A stretch of 64,000 bases of DNA, from the NCBI GenBank assembly GCA_036172245.1, contig JAYWIR010000022.1:1364001-1428000 (forward strand), in the 5' to 3' direction. Below are positions 38,001 through 50,714 of the stretch, one piece after another. Below the pieces are notes generated by a model. The model was given only the letters and a program-made list of their open reading frames with translations, was not told the origin of the DNA and did not search any database. This DNA comes from Raillietiella orientalis (Eukaryota). The position numbers and the translations under genes are program-made. The stretch's first letter is position 1; the number at the start of each line of letters is the position of its first letter.

Positions 38001-40600
38001 GTGGAATAAACGAGATCGTCCAGAACAGCTGCCAGAGTGCAACAGTGTGCGGAGGAACTGGAGATTTGAGAAAGAGAGGGGAAGGGGAACGAGCTGGAAC
38101 TCTCCAAAATCCTCCCACTTATCCGGTGATCTGCCTCTTTCAGAAGAGCTACGCAGCAGCCTCTTGGAACTCTTGAACTACTCTCGAAGATGCTCTTGGA
38201 GAATCTTCCTGAAATTCCGTCGAAGGCTGCTCCTTGCGTTTACTTATTTTCAAATCCTCGGTCCAATGACAAAAAATTCATTGCATAAGCAACGAGGCAG
38301 GATGTTCGAGCCTCTATTGTCGGACATGAGGACCGATGGTGGCCACTCCTCTCCTTTCCCCCTAAGAGCTCTCTCCTGGGGAAAGAAAACTCAAACAGAT
38401 GATTCCTTTGACGGCACGATTTGTTGGACCCCCCTCTGAGAGCTGTGTTCCTTCCTACTCATCAGCATATCAGGAGGAGCTAGGAAATGAACGAGGAGCA
38501 CTCTTTAATGGTGTTCAAGGGCGGACAGGGTTGCGCTGATTTCTGCAAGGTCATCAGGAATCAGCTTTTACAGGTGCACGTGCTTGAACGTATCTTCCTT
38601 AGGGAACTTGTCTCCCTCAGAATCGGATCTCCAGCCTCCCTAGAGAAGGTTTTGTACTCTTCCTAAAGGAGATGCGCTCAGTAAACGCAGCTCCCTTTCC
38701 TTTCCCAGTTCCGAGGATGAGGAGGGAGGAGGAGGCATTGCTGCGGAGTTTGGTTCCCGATCCATCTTACTCTCCAGAAAATGGGAACAGAAAGAACCCT
38801 CGACAAAGCCGTTTTCTTAGACTACGTGACACCCCCTTGTGTTTCCGTTCATCCTCCTATCGCAGTGTCCCTAGTCAGCATCCTATCCACTTGTGGACAA
38901 GTTTCCCTTGGGCGTTTTCCGATATATTCCATCCTTCTCACCTCTCGACCACTGCTGCTTGTTTGTCTTTCAAGGCTCGTCTCCAAGGATACTTCCCGAT
39001 CAAACTGCAGGAGGTGGCTGCTATTCTGAGCTGGAATCTTGAGGCGCTCCTGAGGTGTGTCTCTTCCTCACTCGAATAATACCCGCCTCCGGAGAGCGCA
39101 GTTTGGAGCTCAGAAGCTCCCCTGTCCCTAGGTCCGTCTTGCCCGATCAGGAATCGCCGTGCTTCGAATGAGGACTGCTGATGAGCCTGCAGTCCTCGTG
39201 AAATGCCAGTGCTATTTGCCTTGGTTGATTGATGGCAATGGTTGGAATGAATGGGCGAGATGAGGATAGGGCTTTCTTCTCTGAGGGAGTATATCGGAGA
39301 AATTCAGAGAGCGACCCGCTCCGTGAGCTTCTCTCTCTAGAGAGCACCCAGGGATTCCACCACGGGTCGCAGTGCTTCTCTGGAAGAAGCAACTCGTAAT
39401 GCACGTTCTCCAGAGTTCCATGGACAGAAGCGAAGCAGCATTTTTCCAATCTCTCTGCGCGCTGCAGCGAAGAGCCGAGAGCTCGAGTGAGCTCCCCAAG
39501 ACCAATCCTTCTGGGAGTGGTGTGACGCTCTCGGAGGAATATCACGCTGCTCTTCCTCGTTTGCTTTGGGTGACGAATGGTCCCGGAGGAAGCGCAACGA
39601 GACCTTCGGGACAAGGACCCTCTTCCACCTCTCCTTAAAGGATGAATCATCGGCAGCTTGCAAAACCTTTCTTCCGGCTTGCAATCTATCCACTCCCTCT
39701 TTTCTTGAAGAATGGAGGGATACTTTCCTTGTGCTCTTCAAGGACACTGTGTTTGGGCAGATCAACGTCGTTGCATCGGATGGAGCGACGAAGGACGCAT
39801 TTTTATCCACAGAATATGTTCATGAACCTAAAGAAAAATCCTGGAGCATATCCCTCAGGAGCTGTGCTACTGATGAGCTAGCAAACTTTAAGGGCGAAAA
39901 TCCATCACAGGAGACCGCATGATGTGCAGAAGGAGGCAGACTGCCATGGATACACGAGGGTATACGCAAATTCAAGAGGATGAGTAGATACACACTCGTA
40001 TCACACATTTACACGTCCATTTGATGCTGTGCGAGTAAATTAGAATTTCTCGAGGACCAGGACTATGGCGATGGTGACTGTTTCTTAACAGGGTGAGGAT
40101 TTTCCTTGGATTAATCGAATGATTAAACATCGTCCGCCCCGAATTGGGTCGCAATTAACAGCATCTTAATTATGCATCTGCAGTTTTGGAAAAACTCCAA
40201 AGCTAAAAGGAGCGTCGAACTTGGATCAGATCTCGAAGATAGTTTTAACGAGTTTGCCTCACGGTCTTGTCCTCCCTAACTAACCTACTAATCGAAGCCA
40301 AAGACTAAGAAATTCTGGAAAGCAGTGGCAAACCAGAGTAGAAGGTGCCGTGTCTATGTAGTGGCAACCGCTCACTGGAGCACGAAAGAGCGTGATGAAC
40401 CCGAAAAAATTGAGCGCAATCAATATTTTGCTCCAAATCTGTTCCTGGAGCAAGAAAAGTGTGCTTTTTCTCAGCGCTTGCAGGCAATACACATCCTTGA
40501 CAGTCAGCCTTCCTCCCCCCCTCCACTCCCTCCCCGAAATTTCCTTCATCTGGCTGCCGTCCACGCTTTGTGACGAGAGCGTCTCTGTGAGTCGACTTAC

Positions 40601-40652
40601 CGTGAACTTGGAGAGTCCAGGATGTCAAAATCAACGCGATTCGCAAAACCAT
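40601..40652 (-). CDS. DIP-delta: DIP/Lachesin-like gene, probable first coding exon (signal peptide MVLRIALILTSWTLQVH)
   Basis: ATG at 40652, a hydrophobic signal-like stretch, then a consensus donor G|GTAAGT at 40600. Phase 1 matches the phase-1 acceptor of the next exon, giving ...QVHAALATRF. Assigned by inference, not homology. Confidence 0.65.
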
Positions 40653-41852
40653 CGGACGTGCTCACAAACTGCTCCTAGCAACCGCTGCACTCCGTTCCAT
40701 AAGATGAAGTGAGGGGGAAAGCGGGCAACCGGGTTGGATCGGGGCTCAAACTCGAACACTCCGGGCCCTATCACTTTTACGCATCCAAGTAAACGGAGAG
40801 CAGGCTGCTTGGACACCACAACAACTACGAACACGTGGTAACCGACCGAGGGGCATGCGCGGCGTTCCTCATCAGCCGATTCTCTTCTCATCCTCCAGAA
40901 ACAGGTCGACACGTGGTGGAAACACAGAAGTCTCAGAGGTTTCACGTTCGCAGCTCCTGGATAGAGGAAAGGAGGGGGGGAGGGAAGGGATAAATCTATT
41001 CTTTGAAATAAGTATCCAGAAATCAAAAAAGGAAAAATGGAAAAAATTTCCATCCAGAAAAGTGCAGGAAGAAATCACTTTAGGCATAGAGATCGTGTTC
41101 TCCGCTCTTCATCCGTGCTTTCCAGCATTCGCGTTTGCAATCTTGGAAACCCAGATTCCTTGAAGTGCACTTTCTCCACACGTGGAAAAAAGAGGGATGT
41201 GAGTTGCTTGGTAGATGGGATCACTTGCAGGCGGACAAAAGAGCATGGAAGGACAGAAACAAGCTTCAAGGATGGCATGCTGAAATGCTCAAGGATTCAT
41301 TTAATGCTGGAGCAAAGGAATTTCTCGATTTGCATCCCGCTTGCTCATCCAAAATAAACGAGCAATAATGCGGCAAGGGCGAGAGAGATTTTCGAGAAAT
41401 GCAGCCTCTCGCTGGCTCACAAACAGCACCTAAGGAAAACCATCCGCTTATGGACATTTTTCAAGATGATAAAAATGAGATCCCTCACTGCAGATTTAGA
41501 ACTCCGCGCTGAGCATCTTGATGTGGGTAAGGATCTGCAACTGATGATTGATAGAATAGATCAGAAAATTCCGATCGCAATACCTGGTGGAAGAGAAATC
41601 GAAAGGGTCAGCAAAGGACTTGTGTTGCTTCACACGTAAGCACGTGTCAGTTCTTGAGCAGAGCAATACAATTCACAGTTAAACCTTCTGAGCTGGTGCG
41701 ATCGGCACAGGCTGCTTGGTAGCCAAAGACGGTTGTGAATGTATGAGACTGAGTGAATACTTCTTCCTGAACATCCACAGTCTTCTCCATACTAACGAAG
41801 GTTCAAAGTCCAAGTTGGATACTCGAAAAGATGAACCAGAATGAAGCCCGCA

Positions 41853-42590
41853 TCGGAGGCCGTGTGGTTACGGTCTTTGAGCGTGGCCCCATGCGTCGTG
41901 GGTTCGAATATTCCGAAGGAATCGACGCAGTGAGTCGTGGGTTCCGAAGGTTCACCCCACAGGATGATGCTGGTTGACCTACATTCATCCGGGTGCAGCA
42001 CTGGTAGCGGTTGAAACCGGATGCCCCCGATGAGGGCAGAGACAAATGGGAGTTGACCTCCGGGTCCTTCCAGGAATCACGGAGTGGGAGCTCCCCTCCG
42101 GTTGTGAAGGAGCAGACCTCCATTCCGGAGGGACCCTCTGAATGGGCATTAGATGTGTCGCCATCACCTCTCCAGAGAGTGCAGAGAAGCGAGCCCATCC
42201 CTTCAAGGAAGCTGCGTCCTTCTGAATTTCGGAAGCGTCCCTTCCGGGTTCTTTTCAGAGGAGTAAAAACAGGAGCAGATCCCTTACGGGGAATCCCTCC
42301 GAAGAAGAACTTCCAGGTTCGGATCCGGGTTCCCTTTAGAGAAGAAAGAATGGAGCGGACCCCACGGGGGTCCTCCGGAGAGAATAAGGAAGGAGGATTC
42401 CCTTTTGCCATTGCCCTTGGGAGACAACCAGGGTGGAGGTGATCTCCATTTCCGTGGATCCCTCCCCGGGCGTGAAAGGAACGGACTCCGAGTCCTTCCT
42501 GGATTCATAGGGCGGACCCCTCCCGGGATGCTCCCTATCCTGAAGAATTACCCGCCCTCGAGTGGCGTGGAACCGTGTCGATGAACTGCG
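41853..42590 (+). mobile_element. tRNA-headed SINE-like repeat, copy B
   Basis: Head GGAGGCCGTGTGGTTACGG (A-box-like) and GGGTTCGAAT (B-box, ~41900). Body is homologous to copies A and C. Confidence 0.75.
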
Positions 42591-45500
42591 AAGACGGAAT
42601 GAAGGTAGATGACGGAAAAGGGGTTTTTTGAAAGGAAGTTTTTTCTTAACAGATTCCCTGCCCTTCCTTCCATCTCACTTGATCATCTTCGTGAACTTGC
42701 GTCTCTTAAAGAGTCAAAGAGTTTTGCATTACTGATGAAGCATTACTGACTGTCTGATGCTCGTTTTTTCCTGACTTCTGAGAGCGCTTCTATTCTTTCT
42801 TTAGTGCACAGTTTGGAGCCTGCCTCCTTCCACGACGTTCAAGGAAGAAAATTATTGTTCTTTCAAACGGATCGCTCTGGTCCACTGAGCCACAACAACA
42901 GCCATAACAAAAGGTTTCTTAACATCAATATCCAATCAGTCGATTATTTTCCCTACTTCCGCATATATGTTTTCACTAATGAACTGAATTGATGTATTTG
43001 TTATTCCTGCTTTTCCATCTAAGTCTGTCTTTTTGCACAACAGCCATACTTCTTCCTCAACGAGTTCCAGTCGACCAGTTTCCATCCAGTTTGATACTGT
43101 TCTCGATTTTTCCACCACCTTCTGAAGTGTCCTATATCAGGTGAATGTGTGAACAAAAACCCTCTTACAAAAGCCTAAATAAGCTTCACAGGGTCTGTCT
43201 TCACAGGGTTCTTCAGATGAAGTTTGCAGTGACCGACGCACGCACCCTTCCCGTGATGGTTTGTCGATGTCAACCCATATCGCCATTCTCTGCTCTTCTG
43301 CAACAAAGTGAATGATACTCGCATGAAGAAGAATACGTGTTATCTCATTGCTGTAGAACTTAGATGTAGATCCTGGATGTGAAATTTCACAACAGATTTC
43401 GGACAGATTTCCAGGAAATGATAGACAGTACGTGTGTTTTATTCTGTTCCGTAGGTACGAAACTGTTAGAAGTTTCTTGGAAGCAGTCTCTGATGCCCTA
43501 CCGCAATTTCGAAGTCCAGGAGTTCTCTCCATCCGGAAAGTCACCTTAAAGTGGGACTAAGCTATTTCTTGAATACGGAGCCGAACAGACCTCTGCACTG
43601 AATATTTCTAAAAAAGAATCTACTCGTTCACGATAGCACAGTTGCATGTCAGCTTCCTTGTCGTTTCTTAGATTCTTCGGGACGATCAAAAGCACATCAT
43701 ACACGTTTCTCTGAGAACACCTAAGTGCGGCATCGAAAGATAAGGAGGGATCTTCATAATGAACGTCTTCGATTTTCCCAGAAGCGGTTTCATTTGTTTC
43801 CTTATCACAAAACTGAATCCATGATGTCGTGGGATACTCTCCCTTTTCTTTGGTTTAACACCTTACAAGGAACGTAACTTCAATGCCAAAGAAAAAAAAA
43901 TGGAATAAGTCCAGAGTGAAAACAGCCGCCTCAACTTGAGATGGGCAAAACTGATGCTTCTGCTTCATTTTATTTCTGCTTTATTTCTGCTTTCCGCTTC
44001 ATTTTCTGCTCGTGATAACTACAGATTCTCCTTAAACGAAATGATCAGAAACGGCAATGCAGTCCTAAGTACTTGGGTTCGATGCTTGTCAACATCCAGA
44101 GGTCTAAAAGACAAAAGCGATACTTGAGCTTAACGGAGTGTTCTTCTTCTCAGCAGAGTCTGTTGCATCTTTTGAAGGATTCTGCTTGGGCAACAGGACA
44201 AGCAGCTGCAAAACAAGGGAGAATCTCATCTGATGTGCGTTGTGTTGCTCTCCTAAGTAGTTGCTTGTTTGATATGTGGTCTCGCATGAGTGTATGCATC
44301 TCCGATCGTAGGAGCAAGGACAGGTCAGCTCGAGGAAATGCAATCTACGCTCTATGTTTGGAGAAGAATAAGAAAATGCATTAATAAAGCAGGTAGATAG
44401 ATGACTCATAACTTTTTTCTGTTTCATTCCTTGGCACGTTGAGTTACGATTAATCCACCTGGATGTAGAATTCGAATCACATACAAAGACTATTTGTTCT
44501 TTCTACTGACTCAGACAGAGAAAGGAGGACTGTTAGAAGAGGAAAATGATGTCCATCTTCCGGTGAATTTCGAGCCTGCTTGGAAATCTCAGCGTGCTTT
44601 GTCTGAAGCTCCATTTTCCATTCTACCGTCACCACAGACTCATTTATTGTCACTTTTCCTCACTAATATTGTATTCTTTGACGAGACAGGACGAAACTCC
44701 TCCGTCTTAAACATCAGATCAGAAGAATCACTTCATTTTTAAGAAGGACTGATTCCGGAAAGTCGGGACAGTGAAACATTCTTATCTTGAACCGTGCAAG
44801 GACAAATTCTGAACCAGAGATTTTTCTTCTATCGCATGGTCTCTAACGAAGGGGGTTGAGAAATTCTGGGTTGCATCTCGTTCTGGTGAGCTACAGCCTC
44901 TCCCGCATGCTTCTGGCCCTCTTATCTCCCTGAAGCCTGCTTCATCCACTCACACTTGACGGCTGGGAACACAGAGAACACGCCCTGTGCACTTTGCCAC
45001 AAACCCTGACTGCAAGCAGCATTCCTTAAGGTATGAGACCACATCCACAGAATGTGGTTCCTACAAACGTCGATGCCAGAAGTGGAACGAAACGCTGCCA
45101 CTCATACTTGGAAATTTGCAGTCTTCTTAGCTCGTTGCTCTGATTTTTATTCTCTTATTTTCTGGGAGTGTAGGATCTCGTTTTCTGGAGATAATTTGGT
45201 TGGATTTGAACATCTTTGTGTAAGCACATTTTTGTTTTGTACTTTTATTAAAAAGCCTCCTTAATTTTTTTCTTTTTAATTCTCCAAGGAGAAAACAAAT
45301 ACTTCCGGTACCTCACAACAGTTTCCTACAAACTGCACTCGTGCATATTTTATAAATCATAGATTTCATTTTTTTTCAGATGTTTGAAAAAACAGTCTCC
45401 AGGGATTTGAACAACCTTCATGCAGGATTCAATTTACTGCGACTCGGAATTTTTTTTTTAAATTACCGCTCCTTGATCAACAAATGCTGTTTGCGTCACT

Positions 45501-48500
45501 TATCTTTCAAAGAGAATTCCCTCTGCGAATACCAGGGAGTCTGTGATAAATCCTCGTGGACTTCCTGGAATTTATCCTATTATGCATTGATTACTTTATT
45601 TGTTCATTTCATCTTCTCCATCTGCCTTGCAGGAAACACGAAATTGTTGGTATTCCAGTAATCCTACCAGACGAATGAATGTTTGCTTACCGAATCTTAA
45701 GATGCTGATGACTCCACGACTACACGTTGCTTACTACCTTGTTCAGTGTGACCCTTATCTTAAAACTGTTTCACTTCCTTTATCAGTTGCAGTGCACAAA
45801 CAAAACAAATTTCAGGGAGGAGTTTCCCGCATCTTCTTAGCTTATCTGTTTATCTGTTTAGTGGTTTGTTTTTTAGAGGTTCTTCCATTACCGTGAATAA
45901 CCTAGCCTATGCATCGATATGTATCCAGGAAACGCTCTATATGTTTGAACACCATTTCTTTTTTGATGCTCCTCTTGTTTCTTGGGAATTTTCGATTCCC
46001 TCAGCACTCCATCATTGGCCGAGTGTCAAGATCTCAGAGACCTTACTAGGATCGAAATAACGACACTCCTTTGTACACAAAGTGGAGAGTCAGTCCTCTA
46101 TGTCTTACCCCTTCCAATGCTGTTGATACACCTTCCGGGATGAGCATTTTTCCCTCGATCTGAAGCACTAGGTTTTGTTTTAGAAACGATTGTGTTCCCG
46201 GAATCGTCTGTTAGGCAGCTACCAACTCCCCTGATTTGAGCCACAAACCGTTCATGCCTCTCCATAATCATGCTTTCTGGTTACAGATGAACTGGTTAAG
46301 GATGAAAGTTGGGAATCCTTCTGTTTTCCACACCTTCTGCAAAGATGAACGGCTCCGTTGTTTACGGGCGATGCCCCAACAGTCCGGAGATGCATTCGCT
46401 CGCCATTGAGGAAGAAATGTCCAAAGCACGATGCTATCCTAGAAAGATGTTCTGCCCTTAGTCCGGATGTTTCGTAATAAGAAATGTTCGTGCTTCCTTG
46501 AGTGGGGTCCCACCTTGGTCTGAGGTTGAGGTATGCATCAAGCGTGAAGCTCCTAACTATGATTTTTTGGTGTTTCCCATTAAAATGTTCACTTAAAATC
46601 AAGTTTTCAATATGCTTACTTTCTTACCATCTTTATGCATTTGAGGTCGCTGCTTGGTTTTTCCCATTTTCCGTTCATCGCTCCAGACATAAAATTTTAC
46701 AGGTCTTCAGATGTTGGTAGTCTCCTGTGTTTACTTTTCGACACTTACCAGAACGTCCTCTGAGAAAGACCCTCTGCCTCAGGGTCTGGAGAGGTTAATA
46801 ATTTGAAGCAACTGTTTACAGAGAAGTCATTGGTGTCGTCGTGCAGATTGGGATGGTCGAGAGATCCTGTTGACTTGTCGGCACCCGCCATTCCTTAGCT
46901 GCTCTATTGGTAGGTCACATTTGCTGACTAGCTGCGTGGTGCTGCTGTTGATTAACATTCATCCGGCTTTCGTGAATATCCCTAACTGTTCGTAATGGAC
47001 CAGTTCTTGTGGCATCCAAATCAGTGTCATGAACACAACTTGCAATCCGCTGTGGCTATTGCTTTGGCCGTTATCTGATGTTTGGTGGGTATCAATGTAA
47101 ATACTCCCAAGACAACTGTTTCTTCAAAATATTCAGACATTCTCTATAGGTACCAGGATATCACTGCCTTCTATCTGGAAGAGTTTTCCTCATGCTTTTA
47201 GGTTTCGGGGCTCCAAAGATTCCTGCCCTGATTCCTGCTCTGATTGCCTATGTTCAATTATCGTTCAAGGTTAACTTGTGAAGAAGCTTCTCGTCTTCAG
47301 CGCAGGAAAGGTGGCTTTGCTTTGCAAAATCCGAATGATAAATCTTCTGCTTGAATTTCGAGTTCCAATAACCAAGACAGTCGAAGCGCTCTCTCCGTGA
47401 AGGGAACGCTCTTAGAACGCAGCCACATTATCATTATTGCTAATTGCAATTTCTCAGTAATTTGCGACGAGCGTCCTCTACATGTTGGAATGGGTTAAAT
47501 CCAGAAAGTAAGCGACTTCTGCAAGTTTGAGGATCCTTTTACACTTTGGTGGATATCCATGGAAGCCTCAGGGCATCTGGGTTTTCAAGCCTGCCACAAG
47601 CTCGGCATCCCGCTTGTGTGATCAGCTGACTAATCAGGGTTTGCATCAGCTGAAAATAACCATTTTCTTCTGGTTCCTTCCTAAATTGCAAGATCGACGG
47701 CAACCATATAAAGGGGTTTGGAAGCAGTGAGTGCAGATATCTTACTGCTCACCCATTCTTCATCAAGATACGGATGTTTTCTCTGTATTCGTTTTTCCGA
47801 CTTCTGAGTAAACTTTCTTGCAGCAGCTAGCCGGGAAAAACAAATGTGGAAAGTCTTGAAAGCGTCTATAAAATGGCCTCTCCGACATTTCACACGACGA
47901 GTTTTGAGAAGGACTTTTGTATTGTCATCTTGACAGCTTTCCGACATCCTGTCTACTGATGCATGTGTTTAACATCCGTCTGAAGCAGTCAACGACCAGA
48001 TCACATCAGCAGAATTGCCAGAGCAGCTGGCAATTCGACCCGAAAGAGGAATCAGGTACCAGGTCGATCTGCAAGTCGACTCTGCAAAAGGAAAAAAGTC
48101 TGTGCAAAGAAGAGGCCAGAAAAATCTCTGTATGCTTAAGGGAGAAGTCGGGTTTTAAACATTTGTTCTTCCTTCTGCTAAAGAGGATACGCAGTTTCTG
48201 CAGAACTATCTGCCGAAAAAGGATCCGATCTGATCCGATCCGATCAGATCTGAGCAATAGAAAAAGTGAACCACTGAATGTGAATGAAACAAATAAAATC
48301 CAGGAGAGGAGCATCTGATCGAGGAAGGGCAAACCATCCTTTAATAAAACAATATTCCAGAAAATTAAACTGACGCTGGAAAATACTTTCTGTATGACAA
48401 ATCAGCTTGATTTCCATACTGAAAAATATCCCCTTGTGGCTGAACTGAGAAGCCATTTTTTTTTGGCCGTGCGGTTTCTGAATTTTAATGTTCTGAAACG

Positions 48501-50714
48501 TGTCCAGGGCATTCGCTTAAGAAAAGCACACTATCATTTTTTTACATCCGATTACGCTGGGGCGCTAATTGTAACTTCTAGCAATACGCATACGAAAAAG
48601 GAAGTCCAAAGCAGTTCCCTAGGTCCTAACATAGACCCAGTAATCCCAGAGTAGCTGCCGGAAAGTCAGTCAACTGGCCAGTGAAATCAATACTCGGGAA
48701 TGAATCGAAAGGGATACCAAAAAAAGGGAAAAAGAATGTGTTATCTACGGGGGAAGGAGAGAGAAGGTCACCGGTAATCCTCAAGCGCCTATGCATCCTC
48801 TGAAGGATGCTAGCAAGTTTTCTCCCTTGATCCGTCCAGGTGGGACAGTGAAGACCATCTCTTTGTCCTCAAGAAGAACGATTGAAGTTCATTCCTGCCG
48901 TGCTGCCCTCTTTCTGCCGGCAGCTCTTCGCGCCAGGTCTACGCTGTAGAGACAGCGAAAGGTTGAGGTCACCGCAGCAAGCAGCATTGCACTACGCCCG
49001 AAGAAGCACTTCCGGAGCTGTATACCGGGATTAGGAAAACCATCGCGAGGCGCTCCCATACTCATCATAAAGCAAAAAAATCCACTAGAATATGTGGGAA
49101 AGGTTCCGAATCTCCTCACAAGGCACAGTTCTAGAAAAGGTGTCCATATCAACCAAGCTTCAGAGCCCCGACGTTTCCCAACTTCGCCGACCGAGCGAGG
49201 GCACTTCTTTCCGCATTGTATGACCGTGAAAACTCGTGAAATCTTCATGCAACCAAGTTGAGTGCTGTCAGCAGCAGAACGTCCCAAACTGCCATCGTCG
49301 CTCTATACCACATTTAAATTTCATTTGAGTTGATAACTGGGTTTTCGATGGACCGATAGGAAGAATCTCAAAACTTTGCACCTACTGAAGGTTACAGTCT
49401 TCAAGGAATGTTATGCATGTATAGCAAGCAAGACAAGGCATGCTGGTTTAATACGAGTTCTCATGTGTGGAACGATCATGGTTCTCAAAGTTGTTTCAAT
49501 GGTTCTAGGCCTAGTGTGGCACTCAGAATGCAAAGATGCAATTCACCACATCACTGGGATAGTAAGTGACAGGCTCTTGCCAGGACACCGAAGTGATTCT
49601 AAAGCCATCGAAAGGCAATAGAATACTGTGAGGAACAATGTGTAAGGTGTCCGTCGTGGGGTTTGGCTTCAGTGCACGGTTGCGACTGGCAAAGAGCACT
49701 AACTGAAACTCGGAGACAGCTTAAACACAATCAAATGATAAAGTGACCCTACATATGTCACATGACTTTGACATATGCAGAGTATTTCCTATTTGGATAT
49801 TCACCTGTCAAGAAAGTCAAAGCATTGCATAAGGAAGCAACCTGCACTGGATGTGCTCTTGTCATCTTTGACCAACAGGAATGAAGTCCAAAGATTCCTA
49901 GCTGTCTACAGAATGCTGCAAAGATGGGACGGGCATGCGGAAAACGTAAGTGGGGCATTTGAAGCATTGGTAAGCTGTAAGCTGGTAAGGAAAGTGGTAA
50001 GGAAGCGTAAGCATTGAAGCATTTGATCTTCGAAATGCAGACATGGAGACTCAGCAAACAAGGATGGCATCGGAAAGATCTCGTCATCGGAAACAGGCCA
50101 AGAGTTGAGAACGCCGGAAATTCCTGTGAGAATTCGGATAACGGAATGAAAGTAAGAGAATAGTCTTTTTTGCTCAAGTTGTGAGGTAAATTGAGAAAAA
50201 TTAGAATCCAGCAAATTGAATCACGTTGTCCGTTGCCAGGCATCGGAAAAAAATCGCTTTTGCATGCAGCAACTCGGATCCACTGAGGATCCGACGCGAG
50301 CAAAACAATCGAACAGAATCACACAGCACTTTAAATCTGAGATGAGTTATGCTAAAGAATCGATCGGAAAATCGCAGCGAACAAGATTTCATCATGCATC
50401 GATAGAGTTGGTCGAGAGTGGGGAGAACGGAGCGTGGCATCGAGATATTTCGCAACAGGCGAGGCTGCCCATCTCTTCCTAAATGCAATCAGCCAAACCC
50501 AGATGAGGAATTCTTTATTTTGAAGACAAAGCTCACACTGTTCACTCTGGACCTCGCGTAATCGATGTGGTCGGCATCTGTGTCCGCGAAATCAAGCTCG
50601 AGGAGAGCCAGATTTGTGGTGAATTCTCGCAAAGCAACAGCTGAAAGGAAACGAAACATGAGGCCCTGTGGAGCAGGGGCACGTGTGAGAAAGAATGAGC
50701 AATGACTAATAATA

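Noticed and set aside
41803..42442. Similar peptides from ORFs at 1337-1684, 41803-42411 and 59006-59389 suggesting a gene family
   Set aside because: These are translations of the non-coding SINE body. Frames and indels are not conserved between copies.
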